Shown here in pieces: positions 22,194 to 32,997 of a stretch of 32,997 bases of DNA (the stretch's first letter is position 1; every line of letters starts with the position of its first letter). The translations under genes and the position numbers were made by a program. The DNA comes from Folioceros fuciformis (taxonomy: Eukaryota), in assembly GCA_049999805.1 (NCBI GenBank), contig JBNGIO010005879.1:63217-96213 (forward strand). The letters are read 5' to 3'. The notes beneath the pieces are model-generated. The model searched no databases and had not been told where the DNA came from. It saw nothing but the letters and a program-made list of their open reading frames with translations.

Positions 22194-23754
22194 TAGGGCA
22201 ACGCGAAAAAGTGACAACAGTGAAAGGCAAGCAAGCCAAAGGAGAGCGGACCTTTCTGGAACAATCCGAAAGCCTCTCCGACGCTGTGCTCGCTTCCTCG
22301 CCTCTGCCACACACATGTGAGATGCCCTGGCCTTTGGTACTGGAGTGAGATTCGGTGGTTTCCCTCGCTCCTTCCCACGGCCAGAGATGAATGATCACTA
22401 CACAGACGCAAGCAGCAGCACAGCACGGACTGCTCCTCTCACAAGTTCAAGTGCAGTGCACTCATTCCCACTGATCCTCGCAGAAGTCGAGCCTTACTCA
22501 GAAATAATACAATACGTCGGTGATGCCAGACGCCAGATGCAGCGCCAGTTGCGCTTCTCAGTACACGCTAATCCGTGTGCATGTGCGTATTCTTACTCGA
22601 GTTGGGAGTTGGCAACGCCAATTACAACAAAGGTTGCCACTCCGGGCCGGCTGTGACACGCATGTCCCAGAGTGTTGTCGAAGCTTTGGTTGGCTGGCAA
22701 GCTCGAGCTGTGCAGCAGCGCGGCTATGGCGGCAGGGTGCAGGATGCAGATGCACCGGTCTCGACTACGGAGCCGGTCCCGGGACGGGTGCAGCGGGGAT
22801 CCGTTAGGGTTGCAACTTCCTCGCCGCTCCCGTCGGCCCCACCCCGTGCCCGGGAACGGGATTGGCATGGCGCCCCTTTGCGGGCCCCGCGGAAGCAAGG
22901 AACCCGGAACGCGAACCAGGAACCAGCCATGTACAGTACCAGAAACTGAAGGGCTGCCTGCTGCTAGGCAGCTTATCTGTCCAGCGGGTCACTGGCCAGC
23001 CGGTCGCTCTGGAATCTCCAGTCCGGAGTCCGGAGTCCGAAGTCCGGGCTCGCGGCGATTCGAAATTCGCAATATCACGAATTTGTAAATCGCGGCAGGC
23101 AGGCAGGCAAGGAGGTACTATGTAGCTTATAAGTAGTTAGTCCTTGTTAATAAGGCTGGCTGGACTGTGGGTACTGTGCCACTCACTGCCTGTGAGAGGG
23201 AAGAACGATGGCTACACGATATTGTTGGATCCATACATATGTATAATAAATATGCCGAGCGATACTGTGCTTTATCTGCCCATCTGGACCTCCAGAACCG
23301 CGACAAGTCAAGCCTAGGGTTTTTTGGTCTATGATAAAGATTTGACTGGGCGAAAGCCACGTTGGGCATTGGTACGGCGACGTAACCCTTTTCGCCCTGC
23401 CTCTCTCGTCACCCCGCGCGCCCTCTTTGCTCCCGCATTCCACAGCTGCCCCGCTGCTGTTGCCGCGCTGCTTCTCGTCTTAGCTCTTCTCCGCCTCGCG
23501 GCTCTCGCCCTCCGGCCTTGGTTCTTTTTCGCAGACCTCGCAACCCTGAGGCTTGCTTTGCACCAGTGTGAGGCGAGCTTTCACGGACGGAGGCGGAGAA
23601 GGAAGAAGAGGAGGAAGGCAGGAGGAGGTGTTTGGCTTGCCACTGTAACGCGCTCGCGGCGACCGAAGCGGGGCTGTAGGAGTGGGGCCCTTCGTGGTGC
23701 TGGTTTTGTGTGTGTGGTGGGAGGCGGAATTGGAGTGGAAGCTTGCCGCGGCAT

Positions 23755-23836
23755 TGAGGAGTTGGAGGCGGAGTTTGAGCTGGAGTTGGAGCTGGAGCTG
23801 GAGCTTGTGGTTCGCGAGAGTGTGGCTTAGTATTGT

Positions 23837-23872
<36 letters not shown>
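23755..23872. repeat. (GAGYTG)n hexamer run followed by a ~34-nt poly-T tract, upstream of the RING-CH ATG
   Basis: Directly visible: GAG(T/C)TG units at ~23755-23805 and a T run at 23839-23872. Confidence 0.9.
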
Positions 23873-23873
<1 letters not shown>

Positions 23874-24013
23874 TTGGTTTCGGGGAGTGCGGACGCCGGA
23901 CCAGATCCGGGGGACCAGTCTTGCGGGAATTGAGGATCAAGAACCTGGATAGGCTGAAGCGCGCCCGTCTGTGGGGGAAGAAGGCGAGGAGGTCGCCTCT
24001 CAGAACGCAAGGC

Positions 24014-25579
24014 ATGGGGGATCATGTGGCATTGGACGTGGAGCGCATAGTTGCCGCCACTGCCGTGGATTCCACGCAGGAGGCCGGCAGCTCCTCCACG
24101 TCGCCGATGCTGCCCGCACAGATTGAGCACGCTGTGGCAATTGCTGTGGCGGATGCGGCGGGGAGTAAGGTGGACGGGACTCCGCACCCTGACGACGAGG
24201 CTGTGCCGCTCTTGGCCGGCCCCGGATCTGGGACTAGTGTGGAGTGCCGTATCTGCCAGGAGGAGGACGAGGTCGCCAACTTGGAGACCCCGTGTGCGTG
24301 TTCGGGGAGTGTGAAGGTACGTCGTGAGGGACTTTGCTGTACTACGCACTGGAGGGTAGGGCAGTGGGCGGAGTGTGAACTTCGTTCCGCCTCCGCCAGC
24401 GCTACTCAACTGTGTAGGGTCTGTCCCTTGTGACCTTGTGGTTAGAGCATGGGTGCATGGGCTGATTTTGCCTTCTTCTGCCTGTGAATAGTTTGCCCAT
24501 AGGAAATGTGTGCAGCGTTGGTGCAACGAGAAAGGAGATACCATCTGCGAGATTTGTCATCAGGTATGATTGTGCGTTAACGATCTTCTCAAGGCTGTTC
24601 CGGGGTGCGCTCTTCACCCATTCTCACGGATATTCCGCGGTGGCAGCCCTACAAAAACGGTTACACTGCCCCTCCCCGCCCTCTTCATCCGGACGGCATT
24701 CCAATTGAGCTCAGGTTGGTGGCTGCCTCCCTCTCGTTGCTGTTGCCGTCGCGCAGTCACATTGTCATTCTTCTGTGAGCTGAACAGTCACAGAGCGCAG
24801 GGTTCTTTGCTATCTAACTTGTACGCCTACTTATTGTGTGAGCAGCGGGGAGTGGGGCATCACCGGTGCCCATCAGCTGGATTTGCATGATCCTCGCATC
24901 CTCGCCATGGCTGCTGCGGAGAGACACTTTTTGGAAGCTGAGTACGACGAATATGCGGCAGGGAATGCGACCAGTGCCTCTTGCTGCCGCTCGGCGGCCC
25001 TCATCGTAATCTGCCTACAACCTGTTTACCTTGTCTTCCATTGTTAACCCGTGTATCTTCTAGGTGCCTGACTCCCCTTGGCCTGCCGACCGCAGTTGAT
25101 GGCTCTGCTGCTACTTCGTCATGCGCTTGCAATGGCTGACAGCAGCGGGGGCAACGAGGACAACTCCACTTTCTTCACGGTTTGCCCTCTCCTTCTTGCT
25201 GTCCATTTTGCCGTCTGTTCCTGCCGGTGGATCGAGAAAAAAATCGCTTTGGTGTTCTCATGCCGTGCTCTTCGTTCTTGTTCATGCAGCTCTTCCTGTT
25301 GAGGGCAGCTGGGTTCCTGTTGCCTTGCTACATCATGGCCCGTGCCATGAACATCCTACAGCGACGCAGGCAGCGACAAGTGAGATGACGATCATTCTTG
25401 CTTGCTCTCTTTCATTCGTGCACGATTGCAGTGCTGTCTAATTCGCTCACCGAGGCTCTCTGTTTTCTCGTTTGTAGGAAGCGGCGATGGCAGCAGCGAT
25501 CTTGATTCAAGCAGGAGGGGCTAGAGGGATGCGATTCTCCGTTGCCCCTGGTCCTTCCGCGGCACATGAATTGGTTTAA
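24014..25579 (+). CDS. RING-CH (RINGv/MARCH-type) E3 ubiquitin ligase with DUF3675 and two TM helices, 7 exons, ~292 aa
   Basis: Exons 24014-24316, 24492-24563, 24647-24714, 24846-25005, 25096-25179, 25290-25379, 25478-25579 in frame. C4HC3 motif [39 protein letters not shown]; plant family motifs CCRSAALILMALLLLRHAL and LRAAGFLLPCYIM..QRRRQRQE. Confidence 0.96.
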
Positions 25580-27034
25580 GCAGGTAGCTCGCTGACAATT
25601 CTACAGATCTCAGAAATACCGACGAAGAAGCAATGCTGTACAGATAATCCCACGAGGAGACATTTGCAGGACATGCTTCTCTTTCTGAGGCTCCGAAGCA
25701 GTGTACATAGTCAGGCTCGCCGACTTGGACTCTTGTCGATGCCACCGTATTCTGAATAAGGCAGTCATGACTGTCAAGGTCATCGCAGTGGGATATAAAT
25801 GACCATTGTCCACCAGTTATGTAGATTATTCTCATGCTACTGATGTAAGTTGTCCAGGCTGCTAATTTAAGCGACCTTGAGACGAAAGCCAAACTTAGGC
25901 AACTCCAAAATCCTTACTTTACCTGAATTTTGTGTGACAGATGTCTAAACTTCGCTCCATTTGCGAAGTCCGGTCATCCGCTCCTCGTTGATGCGATAGA
26001 GGAGAGCGAAATTTGTGGTTGGCCTCCTCTGCTTCTGAATCGCCATCACTCTAACTCATCCGATGGGATTGAGGATACTGTGCCAGTGGGAGATCAACAC
26101 CTGAACAATTGGAAGCGTCGTCACCTTGGGACGGCTGATAGGCTGGCACTACCCACCTGCGCAGACCGAGGTCGCTCTTGCTATGTTGTGTCTATCCACT
26201 TTTTCGCAGAGTGACAGGAAATTTTGTTACGATGCCGTGCCAAGTGACGACAACTACAGAACTGACAAGAGCTATCAATAGACCCTGGCTGAATCGGAAG
26301 GTAGTGTTGTGGTCAGTCCACTGCATTTTGATCAGGTCGGATTCAGCACAGTCACCATGGAGGAGTCGCGAAGCGGCACACGATGCAGAAACGCAAACGC
26401 GTTTAAAATCAGCATACCATCAAGCTTTTATACATAGTTGAATAAGTTGAAAACGAAACATTATATAGTCCCAAAAATGAGGTAGCGTAGACGCCTCCAT
26501 AGCTGGTAGGTATTCGAGCTTCCACACGGGAAGACGAAAGATATAGAACCATTGTAGATGTGTGCAGCATTGTGGCCTGCGTCGCTGTCCTGCAATCACA
26601 AACAATTCTCCGTTGTTGGAACGTGCAATGGACGTGAGGAAAAACGCAGCCATCCCCTTGGTCGGTAAGCCTGACCAGTCAGAGAAGCAAGACGAGGCAG
26701 CTTGAACAGGTGAGGTGCGGCACGGCAGGGCACGCATCTACACCGATACATAACTCACCACACTCCCCAGCAGAAACAAGTTTCAACTTGTGGAGAACAC
26801 CCACCTAATCTGGAGGAAACGACCGTGGGATGTGCTGGGCAAAAACTGATCACACTCCTCCCCTTCATCGCGGTACTCTGTATGTAATGTACTGCTCAAA
26901 ATAAAAACCACCCACCGGACTGATGCCCAATATGCTCTCATCCCTTGGAGGAGCTAGAGCTAGCCAGCAAACATAATTACGTGCACCACACAACTTGCAG
27001 ACTCTTTAAAAACGCGTATGTTGGAAAAAAAATA

Positions 27035-30000
27035 CTATCGACACTCCTTCAATAAATACATTGAAGGGCTGAATGGATCACTGAAGCCCCCCGTGATGGA
27101 TTGATGGAGGTCATCCGAACCATGCCCCAAACCGCTTCGATTAGGCGTCCTTGCCAACCCCAGATTTGACATCTCGGCACGAGCTGGCTGCAGAACCAAT
27201 GTAGATCGCGGCGTCATAGGGGAAACAAGCAGACACATACAGCTCAGCACACAACTCATCAGACTTGATAAATCTAATGCAGCTGTCACCACACTCTTGC
27301 ACCAACGAGGTGCCACGGAAACCAGGCTCCTCACTGTATCTGCCTGGCCGATAGAGTAAAAGTCTGCAAAGCACTTACCGAAAACCAACTCCGTAATGAG
27401 CCGCCAGAATAATGTTCAGACGAGTCAATCCCTGACTTGTTATTCTCTTTAAAGTCATTGTTGCGGCCAACCTGGCTCTTGCCAGATGTGAGAGGAGTTG
27501 CACGAGACTCACTCGCCAATGGCTTTGTGCAGAGAACTTCCTCAGTTTCTGGATATGATGCTGCAGCATTCTCATCCAGGTGCCTCATCACACTTGGTCC
27601 ATCACCCATTACGTCTAAACCCTTCAAGCCCACACGCAATTGTGTGAGAACGTAAGCTGAACAGCATACAAAAATCCGGCTCTACTCATGCATGACAAGA
27701 GGATACCATACCCCGAGAGGCGAGTCTTGCTGCAGGGAAACACTGAATGAATCGAACCGCCATGGTGATCTCCAGATACCTGAGGGAGAATTGAAGCATC
27801 GTTCACTGCAATTCAAATCTGAAGAAGTGAGCTCAAAATCAGAAAAGAAGGGGTCTAACACAAACATCTTGCAGCAATGTATGGTGTGCTAACTTGCGCT
27901 TCACATGCACGCCTGCAGACTCTTTCAGCAAAAAACGGATGAAAAGAGACTGCTAGTTTAGGGCAGCGACATACAAGTTTACATGGTCAAAATCAGAAGG
28001 AAGACCACTTGGCCAGTGCTTTGCCCCAGCCAGCTGACTTTGACCAATGGGACTTAAGCTTGAAGAGGTCCATGGACCCATCCCTACTTGCCCAGCGGCT
28101 GAAGGGGGATCCCTTGTGTCATCCAACCTTTTACCACCAACCTGCACCCCATTTCCAACCATGCACCCTTCATATTGATGAGCTTCAGATCCATCACTTT
28201 GGGGCCTTCTGCTTTCCCCTGAAATCACAGCTGCTTCACCAAATGCCTGTGCACCAGGATGCCCCACAATTTGGTTTGTCATTGTGGTCGTATCAACCTG
28301 CCCATTCTGGTGCTGCTCTACAAGACCAGAAGAGTGATGCATCTGCATGGTTCAACATAGAAGCACGTCAGCAGCCATGGATCCCTGCCTTGCCACCTAC
28401 ACAGAGATACACCTTGATCTCAACCCACACACTGAACATCGCTCCTAGCTATAGCTCCTTCCAAACAATAAAATCTGAGCAGTCCACGGCTGGAGATCCG
28501 CTTCTAAGTAAGTGACGTTATTACCTCGCCTGAAGTCTCTGAACTCTTCCTCGTATCATCACCGAGTTCACTACTCTGGGCAATCTGCCAGCATCCAGCC
28601 ATCTGGTTGCCATTCCCATCAGCACCGGCATCTAGAGTCCCAAAATCCCTATCCCCTTGGGAAAAGTGATGACCCCTGCCACTTTCACCATTAGATGCCG
28701 CTTCCTCAAGGGGCTGAAAGGCACCTGTCTCCACATAGTCGTTGTCATCTGTTCTGGAACTACGTGCGTTCTTCCCCATCAGATTATAAGGGGGTGACAG
28801 CGCACCAGACCATGAACCATCACAACCGCCAACAAGCCTCTCCTCAGAGTAAGAAAGCAAATGCTTCCCTTCCGGTGTTCCCACTGATGCAAAGGCTTGA
28901 AGCAACCCACCACTTGATCTTGCAGCTGGCCGATCAACAGTTCTGTCTTTCACTTCAGAAACATCCTGCTTCCCTTCAACATCGCCCCCCTGTGATGGTA
29001 TAAGCTGGCGGCGCCTCTTCCGAAAGAGAGAAGGGGTACTATCAAAGCTTTTGGCAGCACTGCGAAGTAGTGCGCGCGGGCTGCTCAGGGGGAAAAGAGA
29101 CTGTGAGCCGCAACCAGGTGGTGTAACACAATTTGCAGCAGAAAGAATCATCTGCCTCACGCCCAAGGGACTATATGCCTGATGCGATTGCCCGCTTGGA
29201 CTCATTAGATCATAACTGAAAAATGGTAGGTCGAGATTGGAGTACTGCGGGGGCTCATAAAACAAGGCCTCTTCATCAACACAGATAGGCCCCTCTGTCG
29301 TTCTAGTTTCCTCCTCGGTCTCAATTGCAGGGGGCAAACCATAGTTGTTAATGGCCTGACTTGCAGCAGCAAGTAGATCATCAGAATACTCCATCGTATT
29401 ATCTCTCCCTCCACAGCTGTCTTTCATTCCAGGAAACAAGGAAGTTGAGTAACAGAGAGCACTCGGCACTTCTTGTCTCGACTGGCTAATGTGACAGGTC
29501 CCCAGAGCAGGATAGTCAGCAAAGGTACACCCATCACCTCCATTCAAAGCCTCTTGAGGTGGAGCCGGGGCCATTGGTGACGGCCCCGTACTACTGAGAC
29601 CCATTCCATGCACGGATACAGTCATGTCTTGTGAGATTCCGACAGCAGAGGACATTGCATAGGATGTGCACATGAGAGGATACACATCGGGATAAGCTTG
29701 AAGCACACTGACATTGAGTTGCCCAGATGGCTCTACCATGGGGTGAGAGCCTCGGACAACTAATGCACCAGAGGATTGATGATGACAGGTATTTGAAGCA
29801 GACATAAGGGTCCCTGAAGAAGAAATCAGAGTTCCAGAAGGAACAACACCTCCAGAATGTCCAATTCCTTCGTTGGTGTCATGTCTCGCAGCAAGTGGAC
29901 GTGGAGGGCGGGGGGGGCCTCTGTAAGAAACGTCTGCTTTCCGTTTAACACCTGGCTTGTAAGCTTTTTGATCAGTACTTGCTGATGGTGTCACCATATC

Positions 30001-32090
30001 TGAGGTTTCTAGGGAATCTGAAGGATTGCTCTCTGCCTGCTGCGAACCCGCAGGACAAGATAAATCCCCTGGTCTGTTTTCATAACTACTCAATGGATGG
30101 TTGGGCATTAGAAAACCACAATTAGGTGAAGCACTGGCCTGGAGTAGAATGCTCATGATACTTGAGGTTGGCCGTGCTGGTTCCAGCAGTGAAGACTTCA
30201 TTTCCTGCTTTGCTTGATAGGCACAGAGAGCCTTTGAAATGGGATCTGATGCAGTGGAAGGATCCACCTTCTTCTTCATCGTACTGTTCCAATGATTCTT
30301 GATAGAATTGTCTGACCTGCTTCCAAACCATTACAAATTGTTCAGACAAATTGCTTCTCCCATACGGGCAAGTGAGCAGCAAAGTAGCAAGCGGATTGGC
30401 CTTCAAGAAGGATCAACATGCTCAGCACAATATCCAAATCGCTTCTACCTCGCTCACAGCTGTACAACCGTACTTTCCATGAACAGTAGCAAGCATTATC
30501 ATGACAAAAAGTCAAACGTCGTCAATCCAGCTGCAACTAACTGGATAAAAGAAAAATTACCTCCCAGGCAGGTATTTTGCAATCTCTGCCCACTTGTTCC
30601 CATACAACTGATGAGCTTGTATCAGAGCAAGGTCTTCCTGCTGGGTCCACGCATCCCTCTTTATGTTGGGATTCAGATGGTTGTGCCATCTGCAATGTCA
30701 GAAAAGACAAACATGAGCAAATACTCTTGAACAAGCAGTCTTGACACCACGCAATGAAACATTCCAAAAAAAGGTCACACTCACCTTTCTCGACACTGCT
30801 TTCCAATCCTTCCAGGAAGATTCTGCGCTATGACAGACCATTTTTTGGCACCGTTCTTGTTCACTAGCTCTACAATAATGTCGTCTTCCTGCATGGCAAG
30901 GAATTAAACTCATGTAGATCAGAAATCCAGCTTCTAGAGCATGTTAATACCGCTCACACCATGACACCAAATGATATGAGGCTCAGAACACCATACCTCT
31001 TTTGTCCATGGGCCCTTCACAAGATCTGGGTTAAGAACCTTCTGCCAGCGATGCAAGCACTGGACATCTGTTCGATCTTGGAAGAACTCAGCTACAGAGC
31101 GACAGGAGCCGGATAATTACGTCAACATTACATACGTTTGATGTGGGGAGCACCATTTACAACTGTGGTGCAGAAACGAAATGGAGCAACATACACAGCA
31201 CAGCCCACGGTCACTCCGACACTGCTAAATTCTGTCTCACTGCTCCATCGGCAGCCAAGAATGGCCAAATACGAGACACAACATGCACTTGCTATCAAAT
31301 GGCCAAACGTCTGATGTACTTAGCAACTGAAGGGTGCATAGCTACCTATTTTCTTCCAATTCTTGCCCTTGTAGCATTGGACAGCCTTGCGCAGGGTCTC
31401 ATCCTGTACAGCAAAACGAAACTTGAGTGGGCCTTCCCGATCAACAGAGCAACGATTCTTCACCCAGTCAGTGGAGCTGGTTTCTGTAGGTGCCAAATGA
31501 CAGATAGCATACAAACACTGCGAAAGCAATGGTAGACCATCAAATCCAGACAGAGCTCAAGAACCTCTATGGTATCATAGCGGTTCCCGGGATGAGAAAA
31601 TACCTCCGCTGGTGTCCAGCCTCCCTTTGAAGACTTCCTAGTTGGCCCGCCAGTTCGACTGCATTCAAAGAACACGAAGAAGGCGAAAAGTGAGCATCCG
31701 CATTGCTACTTCGTGGGGTCCAATGACTCAACCAATGTTGGAGGGTTGCAAAAGAAGCGATCCAATTCATGATCTAGGAGTTTCTAGGTAATCAGATAGA
31801 ACCGCATTCCACTGCCGTGATGACATAACCAACTTCCCCATACCAGCAATCCTTGCCAAGAAGGCCACAGATGTACATCCAACAAAACCTGCCATGAAAA
31901 CATGGCCCGTGCAACGACACAGGTAGGAGATCCTTCCAAGGAAAAGCACTCACCGTGAAAAACGCGGTGCCTGCTGACTGGCATCATCGTCAGTGTCAGC
32001 GCCAGAAGAGCACGCGGATGTGCGAACCCTGTCTTCGGTTACACTAACGTCTTCTACACTGCCAGAACTTTTGTCCTTGGGAGCTGCCAT
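27035..32090 (-). CDS. MYB3R: Three-repeat MYB (R1R2R3-MYB) transcription factor, long activator-type, ~11 exons, ~1077 aa
   Basis: Exons 32090-31954, 31658-31604, 31403-31346, 31091-30997, 30888-30785, 30689-30561, 30316-28525, 28342-27983, 27779-27707, 27656-27379, 27187-27035. R1 KGGWTPAEDETLRKAV..NWKKIAE..RTDVQCLHRWQKVLNP; R2 KGPWTKEED..GRIGKQCRERWHNHLNP; R3 [32 protein letters not shown]. C-terminal motifs YSPLGVRQ, LRSAAKSF..TPSLFRKR and SPSMYLLKECR*. The last 3-4 exon boundaries are less certain. Confidence 0.94.
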
Positions 32091-32957
32091 GCCGGCGTGA
32101 TTGCAGGTATCGGGTTGGTGATACACTACATACCGCCACCTTCATAGTGCATAATCAACCGCCTCTGATCATAAATAAGCCCGACCCCGAGCTCCAACAC
32201 GATTCAGACCAATTCCTTCCACACCCTCACAACCCACAAAAAAGCTGCAACCACATCCGAGAGGCCAGGAGCGGCCTGCCCCCGAGGCAAGCTTGAAGCG
32301 GCCGCGCAGCAACTGCTCCAGAAATTCCCTTCCCTGCAGAGAGGCAGAATAAAATTACGTGGGCAGATCCCCCCCAGTCTTGCGGCCCGCGGCCAATGTC
32401 ATACGACCGTGCTGCGGCGAGACGGCTTCTTTCCCGTCATCGCGACCCCAGCAGCCCGCTCCATCGGATTACGCCCACCAAATCTTGAATTAGCGCCCAT
32501 CTTGCCGAGCGCGAGGGGAGCGGAGGGGACAGCAGACAGGGGCAGGAAGCATAACGGGCAGCGCCGCCGGAGCGCACCAGGCTCATCCCAATTCCGAAAA
32601 CAACGGAGAATCTGGGCAAAGCACAGAGACGAAGCATCCGGCGCCGATCCAAGCGAAGGGCAGCAGCGGTGCGGTGTGGTGTGGCGTAGTGCGGAGCGAG
32701 AGGCAGTCAGGGAGGAGACCAGCAGACGAGAGCCACGTGCACCTGCAGCCCAACGTCTCTCCGGAGACAGCAGCAGCAGGCACAGAGGGAGGTAGACAGG
32801 CGGCGGCGCGACTGCGAGAGTGCGGAATGTTTAGCAGGAGCGCAATCGCATCCCTGGTGACGGATGGATGGACCAGAACCAGCAGTCAAGCAAACGCAGC
32901 GAGGGTCGCAAGCACTGGACCCGCGATAACACAACCCTGACGCAACAGCCCGGCCAT

Positions 32958-32997
32958 AGCCCAGCCCAGACCAGACCAGTCCAGCCCAGCCCAGCCC
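32958..32997. repeat. Pentamer microsatellite (AGCCC/AGACC)n running off the window end
   Basis: agcccagcccagaccagaccagtccagcccagcccagccc. Confidence 0.9.

Noticed and set aside
23480..24544. 354-aa minus-strand ORF
   Set aside because: Antisense to the RING-CH first exon and leader; its poly-K and LQLQ tracts come from the poly-T and hexamer repeats.
16550..25579. Functional clustering of two E3 ligase genes as an operon-like system
   Set aside because: Unrelated families separated by other loci; E3 genes are abundant, so proximity is expected.
32550..32610. AACGG cores as MSA elements for MYB3R autoregulation
   Set aside because: Flanks do not fit YCYAACGGYY, and pentamers of this kind are expected by chance.

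Overview
Eukaryotic, gene-dense land-plant nuclear DNA with short (mostly ~70-200 nt) GT-AG introns. The compact style and the gene set suggest a seed-free plant such as a hornwort or other bryophyte (inference only). The ORF track fragments nearly every gene, so I spliced them by hand. In order: Nudix hydrolase NUDT20/24-like (+); serine carboxypeptidase-like clade II (-); an unresolved repeat/gap region; a tandem cluster of ACP6-like histidine acid phosphatases (one decayed fragment plus two intact 9-exon copies, +); an intronless MAEA/FYV10 CTLH-E3 subunit (-) head-to-head with a PAP/fibrillin gene that has a GC-AG intron (+); a candidate spliced orphan or lncRNA locus (-); a RING-CH/DUF3675 membrane E3 ligase (+); and an activator-type MYB3R transcription factor (-). 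There are two assembly gaps and several short tandem repeats. I found no CRISPR array, tRNA, rRNA or recognisable transposase. The most notable items are the birth-and-death phosphatase triplet, the unannotated spliced minus-strand unit at ~20.7-22.2 kb with a structured intron, a bulged miR530/1030-like site, and the intronless MAEA. I cannot establish a wholly new biological system from sequence alone.
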